64,000 nucleotides of DNA from Mayamaea pseudoterrestris (lineage: Eukaryota), in contig BROI01000011.1 of NCBI GenBank assembly GCA_027923505.1, forward strand, positions 558,001-622,000, read 5' to 3'. The position numbers and the translations under genes were made by a program. Under the pieces are notes generated by a model. That model ran no database searches. It was not told the origin of the DNA and was given only the letters and a program-made list of their open reading frames with translations. Shown piece after piece: positions 55,039-64,000 of this stretch. Numbering within the stretch: the first letter of the stretch is position 1; every line of letters begins with the position of its first letter.

Positions 55039-56139
55039 ATGTTGATTAGAGGAGTCGACGTCAAGATCCCTTTGGTGCCTCGCGTCAAGTTTGAGTCGCT
55101 ACCGAAACAAGATCTCACGTTTACCAAGCAAGATGGATCCAAGCACAAGCGTAAGATTCAGATTGCCAGTGACGAAGACGTTGTCTCAGTCCTTCGAGTG
55201 ATCGAGGAGGTGGTTGGTGCAATGGAGCAGCTCGCCTTTGATGGACCGGCAGCCCATCGCATGAGGGTCCGCAAGGAATCCTTTCGCCTTTGTCTCCTTG
55301 GAGCGCCTCGTGATATCTGGGACCAGTCTGTACTAGCAGACGATACAATTGTGGCGTGGAATCAGTCCCTCAAGGCATTCCTCTCGGAGCTCATGGTGGT
55401 TGACGACGATTTGCGTCGACAGAAAGAGTACCTCAAGAACCTCAAGTTGCCTGACGGCTATACGGTTACCCAATCGATTAGTTTGTTGCGCAATATGTTC
55501 AAGTTGATGGCTTATATGCCGCAAGAAGACGAAGGAGTTTACCCGACGGACGTCCAGTATACGGACGAGGATATCAAGGATCTCCTACTCGCGATGGTTC
55601 CTACTTGGCTGCAAAGCAAGTTTGAAGAACAATCTTTAACGAGCCGTCTTGCAGACCTCTCTTTGATTCAGTTTGCCCGTTGGTTGGATAACATGATCAA
55701 CTTAAAGGCAAGCAACAGGACTCCAGTCGACACGAACGAAGGAGGCAGCCGTCGGAGCGGCAAACGCTCGCGTCGCAACGGTGGCAACGGCGGCGGCCAA
55801 AACAACGACCATGGAGGCAACGGGAACGCACGCAAGAAGCTTAAAGCAAACAACGATGCCAACGTGTGCAAATACCATGGCGGCCACACTTGGGAGCAGT
55901 GTTTCGGCAACCCCAAGGGCCCGCGCTACAAGCCGGGTTTCAAACTCGACAAGTCGAAATTGAAAAAGAAAAACAACAATGGAGGCGGCAACAATGGAGG
56001 CGGAGCTGCTCAAGGAGCTGATGAAGACCAGCACATGATAGTGGATGTTACAACAGAGGAACCAGCGCCAGCGCAAGAGCAAGAGAGCGAGTCGGAAGTT
56101 GATTGGGATCAAGCAATTGGAGCGGTCTTTGAAGAATGA
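55039..56139 (+). CDS. Gypsy gag
   Basis: Follows the LTR; C-x2-H-x2-H-x4-C knuckle (CKYHGGHTWEQC); basic, Gly/Asn-rich tail. Confidence 0.88.
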   Translation: MLIRGVDVKIPLVPRVKFESLPKQDLTFTKQDGSKHKRKIQIASDEDVVSVLRVIEEVVGAMEQLAFDGPAAHRMRVRKESFRLCLLGAPRDIWDQSVLADDTIVAWNQSLKAFLSELMVVDDDLRRQKEYLKNLKLPDGYTVTQSISLLRNMFKLMAYMPQEDEGVYPTDVQYTDEDIKDLLLAMVPTWLQSKFEEQSLTSRLADLSLIQFARWLDNMINLKASNRTPVDTNEGGSRRSGKRSRRNGGNGGGQNNDHGGNGNARKKLKANNDANVCKYHGGHTWEQCFGNPKGPRYKPGFKLDKSKLKKKNNNGGGNNGGGAAQGADEDQHMIVDVTTEEPAPAQEQESESEVDWDQAIGAVFEE

Positions 56140-59100
56140 GATACGGCGGCGGTCTCAGCGGCAGCCAGTGCGACGGAAGACGCTCTCGTAGCGGACGAAG
56201 TTAATCAACAAGCTACTAGCGACAAAGTTACGGATTACATTCCTGTTGTACTTATTGTCGTTGGTAAAGCTAATGGCAGTCGTTGCAAACGCACGCTTAC
56301 CGCCCTTTGCGACTCAGGAGCCTCGACAAGTTGGATTAGCCAAAGAGCGGCACATGGATTGCCTCAGTGCAAAGCGCCACGTTTAGTATCACAGACTGCA
56401 GTTGGCAAATTGGAGAGCTCTACCAAGATTGATTTTGCCGAGTCGTTCCTTCCCGAGTTTAGTACTTCAAAAAGGATCGGCGCCTTTCCAGTGCGAGTCT
56501 TCCAGCAGGATATAAGGTATGACATGCTGCTGGGACGAGACGTCTTAACGGCTCTCGGATTGACCATTGACTTTGGAGACAAACAAATCAATTGGGGTAA
56601 TCAATCGACTCCAATGGTGACGATGGAGGATTTGAGCAATCGGCCAAAACAAATCAGAGACTCTTTGATTGAGCGGTTTGTTCTCTTCTCTGATACTGAA
56701 CCAGATCTGCATACAAGCGAGGAGATTTTATCAGCTAAGTATAACAAAGTGTCGACAGACGAGGTTGCCGATCAATCAACTCATTTAAATGAGGAGCAAC
56801 GTACCGATTTAAAACGTCTCTTACGACGCTTTCCCGCTCTCTTTTCAGGCAAGCTTGGCAAATACCCACACGAGCTAGTCCACATTGACATTGATCCACA
56901 AGCTAAACCAGTCCATAAAAGACATTATCCAGTGCCTCGAGTGCATGAGCAAACCTTCAAGGAAGAGCTTGATCGACTCGTCGAACTCGGTGTACTTGAG
57001 CCTTGCGGCCGCAGCGAATGGGCGGCGCCCACCTTTATTATACCAAAGAAAGACAAGACTGTACGCTTTGTTTCTGACTTTCGGGCGTTGAATAAAGTGA
57101 TTAAAAGGCGCACGTTCCCAATGCCGCGTATCCATGAGCTACTGGCGAGGCGCAGCGGGTACAAGTTCTTCACAAAGCTTGATATTTCAATGCAGTATTA
57201 TACCTTCCAGTTGGACAAGGAAAGCAGCGAGCTCTGTACGATTGCAACGCCGTTCGGTTTATTCCGTTACTTGCGCTTGCCAATGGGCGTCAATCAAGCC
57301 CCCGATATTGCTCAAGAGGTGATGGAGAAAGTTTTACAAGGATTGCGCGACGTTGAAAAGTACCTTGACGACGTCGGTTGCTTTAGCGACACTTGGAAGG
57401 AGCATTTAACTCTCTTAGAGGCAGTTTTAAAGCGTCTCGAGGATAGCGGCTTCACAATCAATCCAAGCAAGTGCGAATGGGGCGTCAAGGAAACCGACTG
57501 GCTTGGATACTGGCTCACGCCGACAGGACTCAAACCCTGGCCCAAGAAAGTCCAAGCAATTGTGGATATGAAGCCTCCTACTAATCTCAAGCAGTTGCGC
57601 TCATTCCTTGGTCTTGTTACATACTATCGAACCATGTGGCCGCGACGGTCGCACATGCTTGCTCCTTTGACGAATCTCGTCGGCAAAAAGTCTTTTCAAT
57701 GGGGTGCGCCTCAACAAAAAGCATTCGAGGAAATGAAAGCAGTTGCAGCAAGCGATGTTCTTCTTCGTTATCCTGACCATAACAAGCCATTCGTCATTAA
57801 AACGGATGCGTCTGATTATCAACTCGGCGCCGTCATCCTTCAAGATGGCGTGCCGGTCGCCTATTTCTCGCGCAAACTCAACAGCGCCCAAGTCAATTAC
57901 ACAACCATTGAAAAGGAATTGCTAAGTATTGTTGAAACGCTCAAAACGTTTCGTTCGATGCTGCTTGGAGCGCGTTTGCAAATCCATACGGACCACAAAA
58001 ATCTCACCCACGAGTTGACCGCTTTTCAAACGCAGCGCGTCCTTCGATGGCGTCTGTACTTGGAGGAATTCGGTCCCGAGTTCCTTTATCTCAAAGGGGA
58101 GCTTAATACTGTCGCAGATGCTCTTTCAAGGGTTCCAACGGCAAGGGAAACCTCTCTAGTGGGGGAGAGCCCTGTTGATGTTTTAAAGCAACAACAGGAT
58201 GCCCGACAAAAGGAAGCGCAAGAGGCAGCAGTGCCCATGCGACATACCCATCACGATGACAACTTACACGGTGTCAACGATGGCCATCACGATGGCGGCG
58301 TTCTTGCACATTCAATTGAATCAACAACAAACGACCATGGGGAAAGGCAAATTGAAGAGCTATCAATTGCTAATGAAGGTTACTGTCTCCTACGGGACGA
58401 ACCAGAGCTTGCAGAGTGCCTGCTCCTCCATCCGGAGTTCGACGAACAAGGGCGATATCCCCTGTCGTATTCAACCATTGCCGAGTATCAACAAGAAGAT
58501 GCAACGCTAATGGCCGCAGTCCAAAACCAAGACGCGACAACAATACAATACAAACAACTTGGAGACGTTCAGATTGTTGTATTCCAAGCAGACGAACGCT
58601 GGCGAATCTGCATCCCCAGTGCGATCCTCGATCGCTTGATTCTTTGGTACCACCTCTCAATGGCCCACGCTGGAATGACTCGATTAACAACGAGCATCAA
58701 GCAACACTTTTACCATCCTAAGCTCAAGCAGCGCGTCGAGCATCTTGTTGGTGCCTGCGATACTTGCCAACGCAACAAAGGAGGCAGCCGTCAATATGGA
58801 GAGCTGCCAGCGAGAGACGTGCGCGTCGCTCCTTGGTATGAGGTCCACGTTGATCTCATCGGACCATGGAAAGTATCCGTAAACGGCATTGACTGTTACT
58901 TCAGAGCGTTGACGATGATTGACCCAGTTACTAACCTTGTCGAAATCGTTCGCTATCAGGACAAGTCGGCGTATCATATCGGTCGCCTCTTTGAAGACAA
59001 CTGGCTCTCTCGTTACCCTCGACCAATGCGACTCGTTGCCGACCAAGGCAGTGAGTTTAAAGGCGCATTTGGAACCATCCTTGAACACAATGGGATTGAA

Positions 59101-59625
59101 TGGCATGCCGCTTCGGCCAAGACGCCCACCGCTAATAGCATCTGTGAGCGCTGCCATCTTGTTATTGGGAACGTGCTTCGTACCCTGGTACACGCTCATC
59201 CGCCCGAAGACTTGATGGACGCTGACGATATAATCGATCAATGTCTCGCCACAGCAATGCATGCAACACGAGTTGTATCAAGTGGAGCTCTTGATAATCT
59301 GTCTCCCGGCGCCGTCGTTTTTCAACGCGACATGTTTCTGGATATACCGCTTGTTGCCGACATTCTAGCTATCTCTGTTAAACGAGAAGCGATTGTCAAT
59401 GAACGTTTGCTCCAAGCGAATCGTTCGAGACTGACTCATGACTTTAAAGTTGACGAGCAGATCCTCAAAAAGGTATACGACCCTAACAAGCTCGAAGAAC
59501 GATGGATCGGTCCTTATTCAATTGAACAAGTCCACGTTAATGGAACGGTTACCATTCGCCTCTCGCCAATGGTGACTGACCGAGTTAATATTCGACGTAT
59601 CAAGCCGTATCGGCAAGACGTTTGA
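56140..59625 (+). CDS. Gypsy pol (protease, RT, RNase H, integrase), in frame with gag after a single TGA
   Basis: ALCDSGAS, WAAPTF, DFRALN, YLDD, TDASDYQLG, EKELL, TDHKNL, ADALSR, H-H-C-C zinc finger, VDLIGP, DQGSEF, ER, GPY. Confidence 0.94.
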   Translation, partial: DTAAVSAAASATEDALVADEVNQQATSDKVTDYIPVVLIVVGKANGSRCKRTLTALCDSGASTSWISQRAAHGLPQCKAPRLVSQTAVGKLESSTKIDFAESFLPEFSTSKRIGAFPVRVFQQDIRYDMLLGRDVLTALGLTIDFGDKQINWGNQSTPMVTMEDLSNRPKQIRDSLIERFVLFSDTEPDLHTSEEILSAKYNKVSTDEVADQSTHLNEEQRTDLKRLLRRFPALFSGKLGKYPHELVHIDIDPQAKPVHKRHYPVPRVHEQTFKEELDRLVELGVLEPCGRSEWAAPTFIIPKKDKTVRFVSDFRALNKVIKRRTFPMPRIHELLARRSGYKFFTKLDISMQYYTFQLDKESSELCTIATPFGLFRYLRLPMGVNQAPDIAQEVMEKVLQGLRDVEKYLDDVGCFSDTWKEHLTLLEAVLKRLEDSGFTINPSKCEWGVKETDWLGYWLTPTGLKPWPKKVQAIVDMKPPTNLKQLRSFLGLVTYYRTMWPRRSHMLAPLTNLVGKKSFQWGAPQQKAFEEMKAVAASDVLLRYPDHNKPFVIKTDASDYQLGAVILQDGVPVAYFSRKLNSAQVNYTTIEKELLSIVETLKTFRSMLLGARLQIHTDHKNLTHELTAFQTQRVLRWRLYLEEFGPEFLYLKGELNTVADALSRVPTARETSLVGESPVDVLKQQQDARQKEAQEAAVPMRHTHHDDNLHGVNDGHHDGGVLAHSIESTTNDHGERQIEELSIANEGYCLLRDEPELAECLLLHPEFDEQGRYPLSYSTIAEYQQEDATLMAAVQNQDATTIQYKQLGDVQIVVFQADERWRICIPSAILDRLILWYHLSMAHAGMTRLTTSIKQHFYHPKLKQRVEHLVGACDTCQRNKGGSRQYGELPARDVRVAPWYEVHVDLIGPWKVSVNGIDCYFRALTMIDPVTNLVEIVRYQDKSAYHIGRLFEDNWLSRYPRPMRLVADQGSEFKGAFGTILEHNGIEWHAASAKTPTANSICERCHLVIGNVLRTLVHAHPPEDLMDADDIIDQCLATAMHATRVVSSGALDNLSPGAVVFQRDMFLDIPLVADILAISVKREAIVNERLLQANRSRLTHDFKVDEQILKKVYDPNKLEERWIGPYSIEQVHVNGTVTIRLSPMVTDRVNIRRIKPYRQDV

Positions 59626-59771
59626 GGTTTGCGCAGCTCCCTTGTTTGATCTACCATGATTGAGCTAAATTACGGCACCCTGCAACGACAGGAAGGCCGC
59701 TGCCACTTTATAATCAAGAAGGAAGACGATTCTGCACCTTAGCTACCATGGTCGCTCTTAGTGTGGGAGAG

Positions 59772-60007
59772 TGTGCTATCTGACACGATTCACATGCACC
59801 GGCCCAGCCTCAACGGCGAGCCGGACAGTCAACGGACACGCCCGTCGGGTATTAGCGAAGATGGGCGATCCTGATGCGACATCTGCGATCCTCGCCAGTA
59901 AAAGAGCGATGGATCGCCATGGAGGCAACTGGAGGCAAGTTGCCGTTGTAGCGTTTAAAATACCATCATAATTTCCATTTACACATCATCCTACGATAGG
60001 TACTTCA
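59772..60007 (+). repeat. Gypsy 3' LTR
   Basis: Follows the PPT, ends ACTTCA, followed by the TSD. Confidence 0.95.
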
Positions 60008-60102
60008 TTGCGAGGCCCGCAACAAAACGCATCCAAATCGCTCGCACACACAAAAGTTGACGAGCGATCACCGCGCATTTTGGTTACAAAGACAACAACA
60101 AC

Positions 60103-61176
60103 ATGGATACTATTGACCTTTCCAACTCTCCAACTGCTGCTGAGACTAACAAGAGAGCTGGTCGTGGTACTTCGTTGAGTACTATTGAGAAAATTTGTCT
60201 TCGTCGTGCGTATGGCAACGTCACAGAGAATCCCCTTGTCGGTGCCAACCAATCTTGCAAAGAATTCAAGATCGCACTCAAAAACAAGTTTGATGAGTTG
60301 ATTGATGAACAGTTGAGGAAGGATAGAATCAGTTATGCTCATTGTTCCGCTGAAACCTTAGCACTTTTGCCACCAGGTAAGCTGCAAAGCACTGCTTGCC
60401 TTGCTTGTCTCTGTGTCGCATCCAACTGTTTTGTTTCGCATCCAACTTTTTCCTTTTCCTATATTTTCTTTTATGCAGGGCACAGCTTTCCGTCGCGCAC
60501 ACCTGACGTCCTTTACAGGCATTTCAAGGATAAAATGGCGGCTCCTTCAGCTAAGCTGTTTGGAATTGTCGAGACAATGCCAAGAGCTAGCGGTGCAAAC
60601 GACGACGATCACTTTCAAAGCTGCGTTGCTCTATACGACCTGAGATACCCAAACCAAAAGTTTGACACATTCAAAGATGCGTATGAGTATTTGGTCAAGT
60701 GTCCAAAGTTCACAGTGTTCCGTCAAATGATCAACGAACAAGAGAAAGCATCAACTGCTTCCGCTATGCAGGAGAAGGAAAGCAGGCGTCCTCTGAGTGG
60801 TCGAGATGTCAAGAAGCAAATGGCTGAACGCATCATTATGGAAAAAGTCAGGCAGGAATTCAATATTCCAGCCGATGGTGCTACCGTTGCTACTGCAGTG
60901 TCACTTGACGGAAATGGGCTGCTCGGAACGCTCTGCGCGGGTGCTTTGTCATTCATGAACGACTTCATGGACAACAAGAAGAGGGAGCGCGAAGCAAAGG
61001 AAGAACAGGAGATTTTGCTGGGTGTCACCACGCCGCAGCGTAAAAGATACCAGCAAATGAAGTTTGAGGCGTTGATGCAGCGTAATTTTGGGGGATCGGC
61101 CACGAACGACGACGGCAATAACGTTCCATCGGAAATCCACCGTAGCGGCGAGTCGACTATTTCTGAGCTCCTTTAA
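60103..61176 (+). CDS. Harbinger accessory (Myb/SANT-like, NAM-associated) protein; intron 60377-60478
   Basis: RG..LS..E...L.RAY..VTENP.VGANQ...F pattern; F...YEYL...PKF and RPLSG..K; convergent with the transposase. Confidence 0.72.
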   Translation: MDTIDLSNSPTAAETNKRAGRGTSLSTIEKICLRRAYGNVTENPLVGANQSCKEFKIALKNKFDELIDEQLRKDRISYAHCSAETLALLPPGKLQSTACLACLCVASNCFVSHPTFSFSYIFFYAGHSFPSRTPDVLYRHFKDKMAAPSAKLFGIVETMPRASGANDDDHFQSCVALYDLRYPNQKFDTFKDAYEYLVKCPKFTVFRQMINEQEKASTASAMQEKESRRPLSGRDVKKQMAERIIMEKVRQEFNIPADGATVATAVSLDGNGLLGTLCAGALSFMNDFMDNKKREREAKEEQEILLGVTTPQRKRYQQMKFEALMQRNFGGSATNDDGNNVPSEIHRSGESTISELL

Positions 61177-61219
61177 CTACTAAGTGATAAAGTACGAGTT
61201 GTCATTTGATTCTTATCAT

Positions 61220-61771
61220 TTAATTGTTATCGTTCATTTCCAATTGAGTAGTGATGGCATTGCGGAGACGCATGTGTGCCTCTCCATCGTAAAGCTGTTC
61301 CCATCGCCTATGTGCAGCCGCATGCAATTGATCAAGTCGTAACTGATTACCATCTACAAGCTCATGCATTGGAATTGCAGGCCCCGTGTAGAAAGCCTCT
61401 TCAAGTTGACGCACTAACGCTAGTTCCGCAATTTGTCGACCAGTGGCCTCGTCTGCCTCATCTTCCGCTAGAGCTTCGTCATCTGCGTTTTCAACGTACT
61501 CATACCAATCCGCCGCTTCAATTTCCGATCGACGAATACGTTCTTCAACCATCATATTATGCAACACGATACAGCAATGAACTATGTCAACAATTCTTTC
61601 TCTGTACCAAAGTTCAAATGGATGCACCAGAACATGGAACTTCCGCTGGAGTACGCCGAATCCTCGTTCGACATCCTTGCGACATGCCTCTTGCCAAGCT
61701 GCATATCTTGCTTCGCGGTTACCAACAGGTTCGCGAATTGTTTTGACGAATCGGGCAAGTTCCGGATAAAT
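61220..61771 (-). pseudogene. PIF/Harbinger transposase C-terminal fragment
   Basis: IYPELARFVKT...QEACRKDVERGFGVLQRKF...CIVLHNMMVE; cut at the DG|IYP motif by a copia LTR. Confidence 0.9.
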
Positions 61772-63624
61772 TGACACGATAATATCAGACGAACCTTTAT
61801 TCCAGCGACTACAATGGACTCGGAGCGATCAACCTCTTCGTCCAGCGTAAAGCAAACAAACAAACTCAATTGCTAGAATAGTGCATGTTACTCGCTACTC
61901 TACTCGTGCGCTTCCTTCTCGTTCTCACTGGGTTCACGGTCGAGGTTCACGCCTCGATCGTCAGCGATTTCACTCATGTATGTGAGGATTCGGTCACAAG
62001 TGTGACTCAACCCTGCACAGGATTAAATGCATACAAAACACAGGTAGCTAACCGTCTTGTCATAAGACGCAGGTCAACTCAACTCAATAATATTGTGTCA
62101 TCCCCCTTGATCTAGGCTTGTGACAACGATCGGTTTGCCGTATCGCCCTTCCAGAAAAGAATCGGAATGATCAGGGGTCGGAACGTGGCATGCGGCAAGA
62201 ACTTGGTAAGAACGTCGGCGACGTTCTGCTTGCCGAAGATGTGCTCAAAATACAGAACATTGCTTGCAATGGCCTCGCGAACTCGATGGTAGGCGAGCGC
62301 ATTGTGTCGCTTAGAAAGTGTGGAGTGCGGGATCGTTGACGACTTCTTGACACTTTCGTTGTCGCCGAACATCCAGGCTGGTCCACTCAAAGGAACTCCC
62401 AACATGCGTAGGGAGTATCGGAAATCCATAATCTGTTCCGTCGCGGTCTTGGCGACGACGAATTCGGATCCATACGTTGCAGTCTCGACAGTATTCTGAC
62501 GCTTGCAGAACCATTCGACGGGCGTCTGGTTCAGGAAATGCAGGACTCCCATTGCGGAACGTCCAGTAGTGTAATCATGGTACAGGTTCGCGTCCATAAA
62601 GGTAGTTAGTTGCACAGGCTTGCCCTTCGGGATCGGCATGTTCCACGGAAGCTCTTTGCTTGAGTTGCCGGGACCGATTGCAACCAATCATACTTGGTAG
62701 GTTCCCGTGATCGACGATCTTCGCGGAAACGAATCGCCGCATCAGGGTACTCAGCTAGGTAACCGCAGACTCGCTTGGCTCGGTCCAGGTGCCCGGGGGG
62801 GGCGCAGCGGAAGCGCCCAAGTGTCATTACGGCACAATGAATGTCAAGTCGACGCAAGAGTCACTGCCCACTGGAGGGCACCGATAAGAGACTGAGTACT
62901 GTTGAATGCCACGGGCATCCAGCTCTTCGGTAAGGTCAAGTTCGGGTGGTCCCGTTGTCAAGCGGTGACTTGCGCTTGCGTGGCTTCTCGCCAAACATGG
63001 TCTCGTAGTTCTTGAGCATGCGACCGACGTAGGTCTTTGCGCTCATGCAGAGGGTTCCATCGGGATCACGATAGAAGTCGGCTCCAAGGTGATACTTGAT
63101 GTCGCCGTCCTTCAACTTGTACTTGTACTTCTCTTTGAGGAGGTCCGTGAAGGCTTGTGGATCTTTCATGGCCATAGCCAGATCGTCGACGAACACGCCG
63201 ACGTACTCGTAGTGAGTGCCACAGTCTTTCATCCAGACGCCAGGATCCGCGAGCTTTGGTAGAATCCAATGTCGCGGAGTGTGTCGGCAAAGTGCTCATA
63301 TGCCAACGCGCCGCCAGAAGTGCGCAACCGTTATAGTGCCTTGTAGATGACCAAGGTATGGCCTTCCAATGGTCCAAACTCGGGACCGGCAACAATGTAG
63401 AGCCTTTTCCTTGGTCTTGGCCTCGAGGTAAAGCGTTACCGACATCGGCAGCCCAAAACTTGAGGTCGTTCAGTTCAGCTAACAGTGCTATGGTTCGAAT
63501 GCTTCGCATAGATACAACGCCGGAGTAGGCGGAGTCTTTGGCGGAGCGGTCAGATGTCCCCCGGGCGAACAGTCGGGCCTTACGTCGAGATCGTTCTTGC
63601 AGTCGAAAACAAGATGCGCATTGA
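61772..63624 (-). mobile_element. 5'-truncated, frameshifted copia (RT-RNase H plus 3' LTR at 61772-62100)
   Basis: WAADVGNA, VFVDDL, ETATYGSEF, NVADVLTK; PPT AAGGGGGA; LTR ends TGACAC...GTGTCA. Confidence 0.9.
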
Positions 63625-64000
63625 CACGAAATAAATCTCGACTTGGCACATCAGGGACTGCCAGTAAGCTCTGCGATTTAATGCTGGGCAAAGGCCAATT
63701 TCGACGCTCCAACATGAGGCGCCATAAATTAGGCGATTGTCCAATTTCTTGGTGCCAAGCTTTGCAAACTTGCGTTGCAACAGCGACAGCTGAATCCGGA
63801 AGAAACGTAAGGGTGTACTCTAAAATTGATCCGGGAAAACTAAGCAACGTTTCATTTGGCAGTGTAGTGTCATCCCTCGACAGTCTACCTCCGTTATCAG
63901 TTTTTAAGCCAATATCATTGATCAAAAGCCCTCCCTGATTTCTGTCGTAGATAAGCTTGTTATTCACCACGGCGTATACAACACTCGCCGGTTTGACACC
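63625..64000 (-). pseudogene. Diverged, 3'-truncated paralog of the CCCH/F-box gene (matches 51403-51787)
   Basis: About 20 substitutions (counted by eye) and a 9-bp deletion over ~375 bp; joined directly to copia RT sequence. Confidence 0.88.

Larger units (their letters stand above)
54754..60007 (+). mobile_element. Full-length Ty3/gypsy LTR retrotransposon
   Basis: 236-bp TG...CA LTRs, TSD TTGCG (54749-54753 and 60008-60012), PPT GGGAGAG, PR-RT-RH-IN order. Confidence 0.96.
54554..61771. mobile_element. PIF/Harbinger DNA transposon, right part lost, interrupted by gypsy and copia insertions
   Basis: TCA|GAGCATCCTCAACG resembles Harbinger/Pong TIRs with a TNA target site; convergent accessory gene and DDE transposase remnant. 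Confidence 0.7.

Noticed and set aside
1..64000. CRISPR arrays, tRNA/rRNA genes, prokaryotic defence systems
   Set aside because: No repeat-spacer arrays or RNA-gene signatures seen; the window is intron-containing eukaryotic DNA.

Overview
Gene-dense eukaryotic nuclear DNA, almost certainly a diatom (an Lhcq/FCP light-harvesting gene with an AAAFAP plastid signal, CoDi-type copia elements, short GT-AG introns). Left to right: SKI2 helicase; a transposon cluster at 4.2-19.7 kb (decayed pogo/Tc2-like TIR element, young full-length chromodomain copia with 5-bp TSD, frameshifted copia fragment, truncated copia with a Pro-rich gag); a small secreted knottin-like gene; and a housekeeping block (DUF2009, eIF3f, a 1.6-kaa hypothetical, arylamine N-acetyltransferase, GAF-HPP fusion, overlapping COX23-like and HAD genes, TRM112, eIF2-alpha, RPLP1, Lhcq). 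Next is a near-identical 3239-bp tandem duplication that creates an in-frame methyltransferase/F-box chimera, then a CCCH+F-box gene. The window ends with a PIF/Harbinger element carrying a nested complete gypsy (gag-TGA-pol in one frame) and a nested copia, which is joined to a diverged F-box paralog. Best leads: the apparently bicistronic COX23-like/HAD locus, the GAF-HPP putative nitrite transceptor, gypsy stop-codon readthrough, the new chimeric gene and the multi-knottin precursor. All family assignments come from motif recognition by eye; no searches were run.
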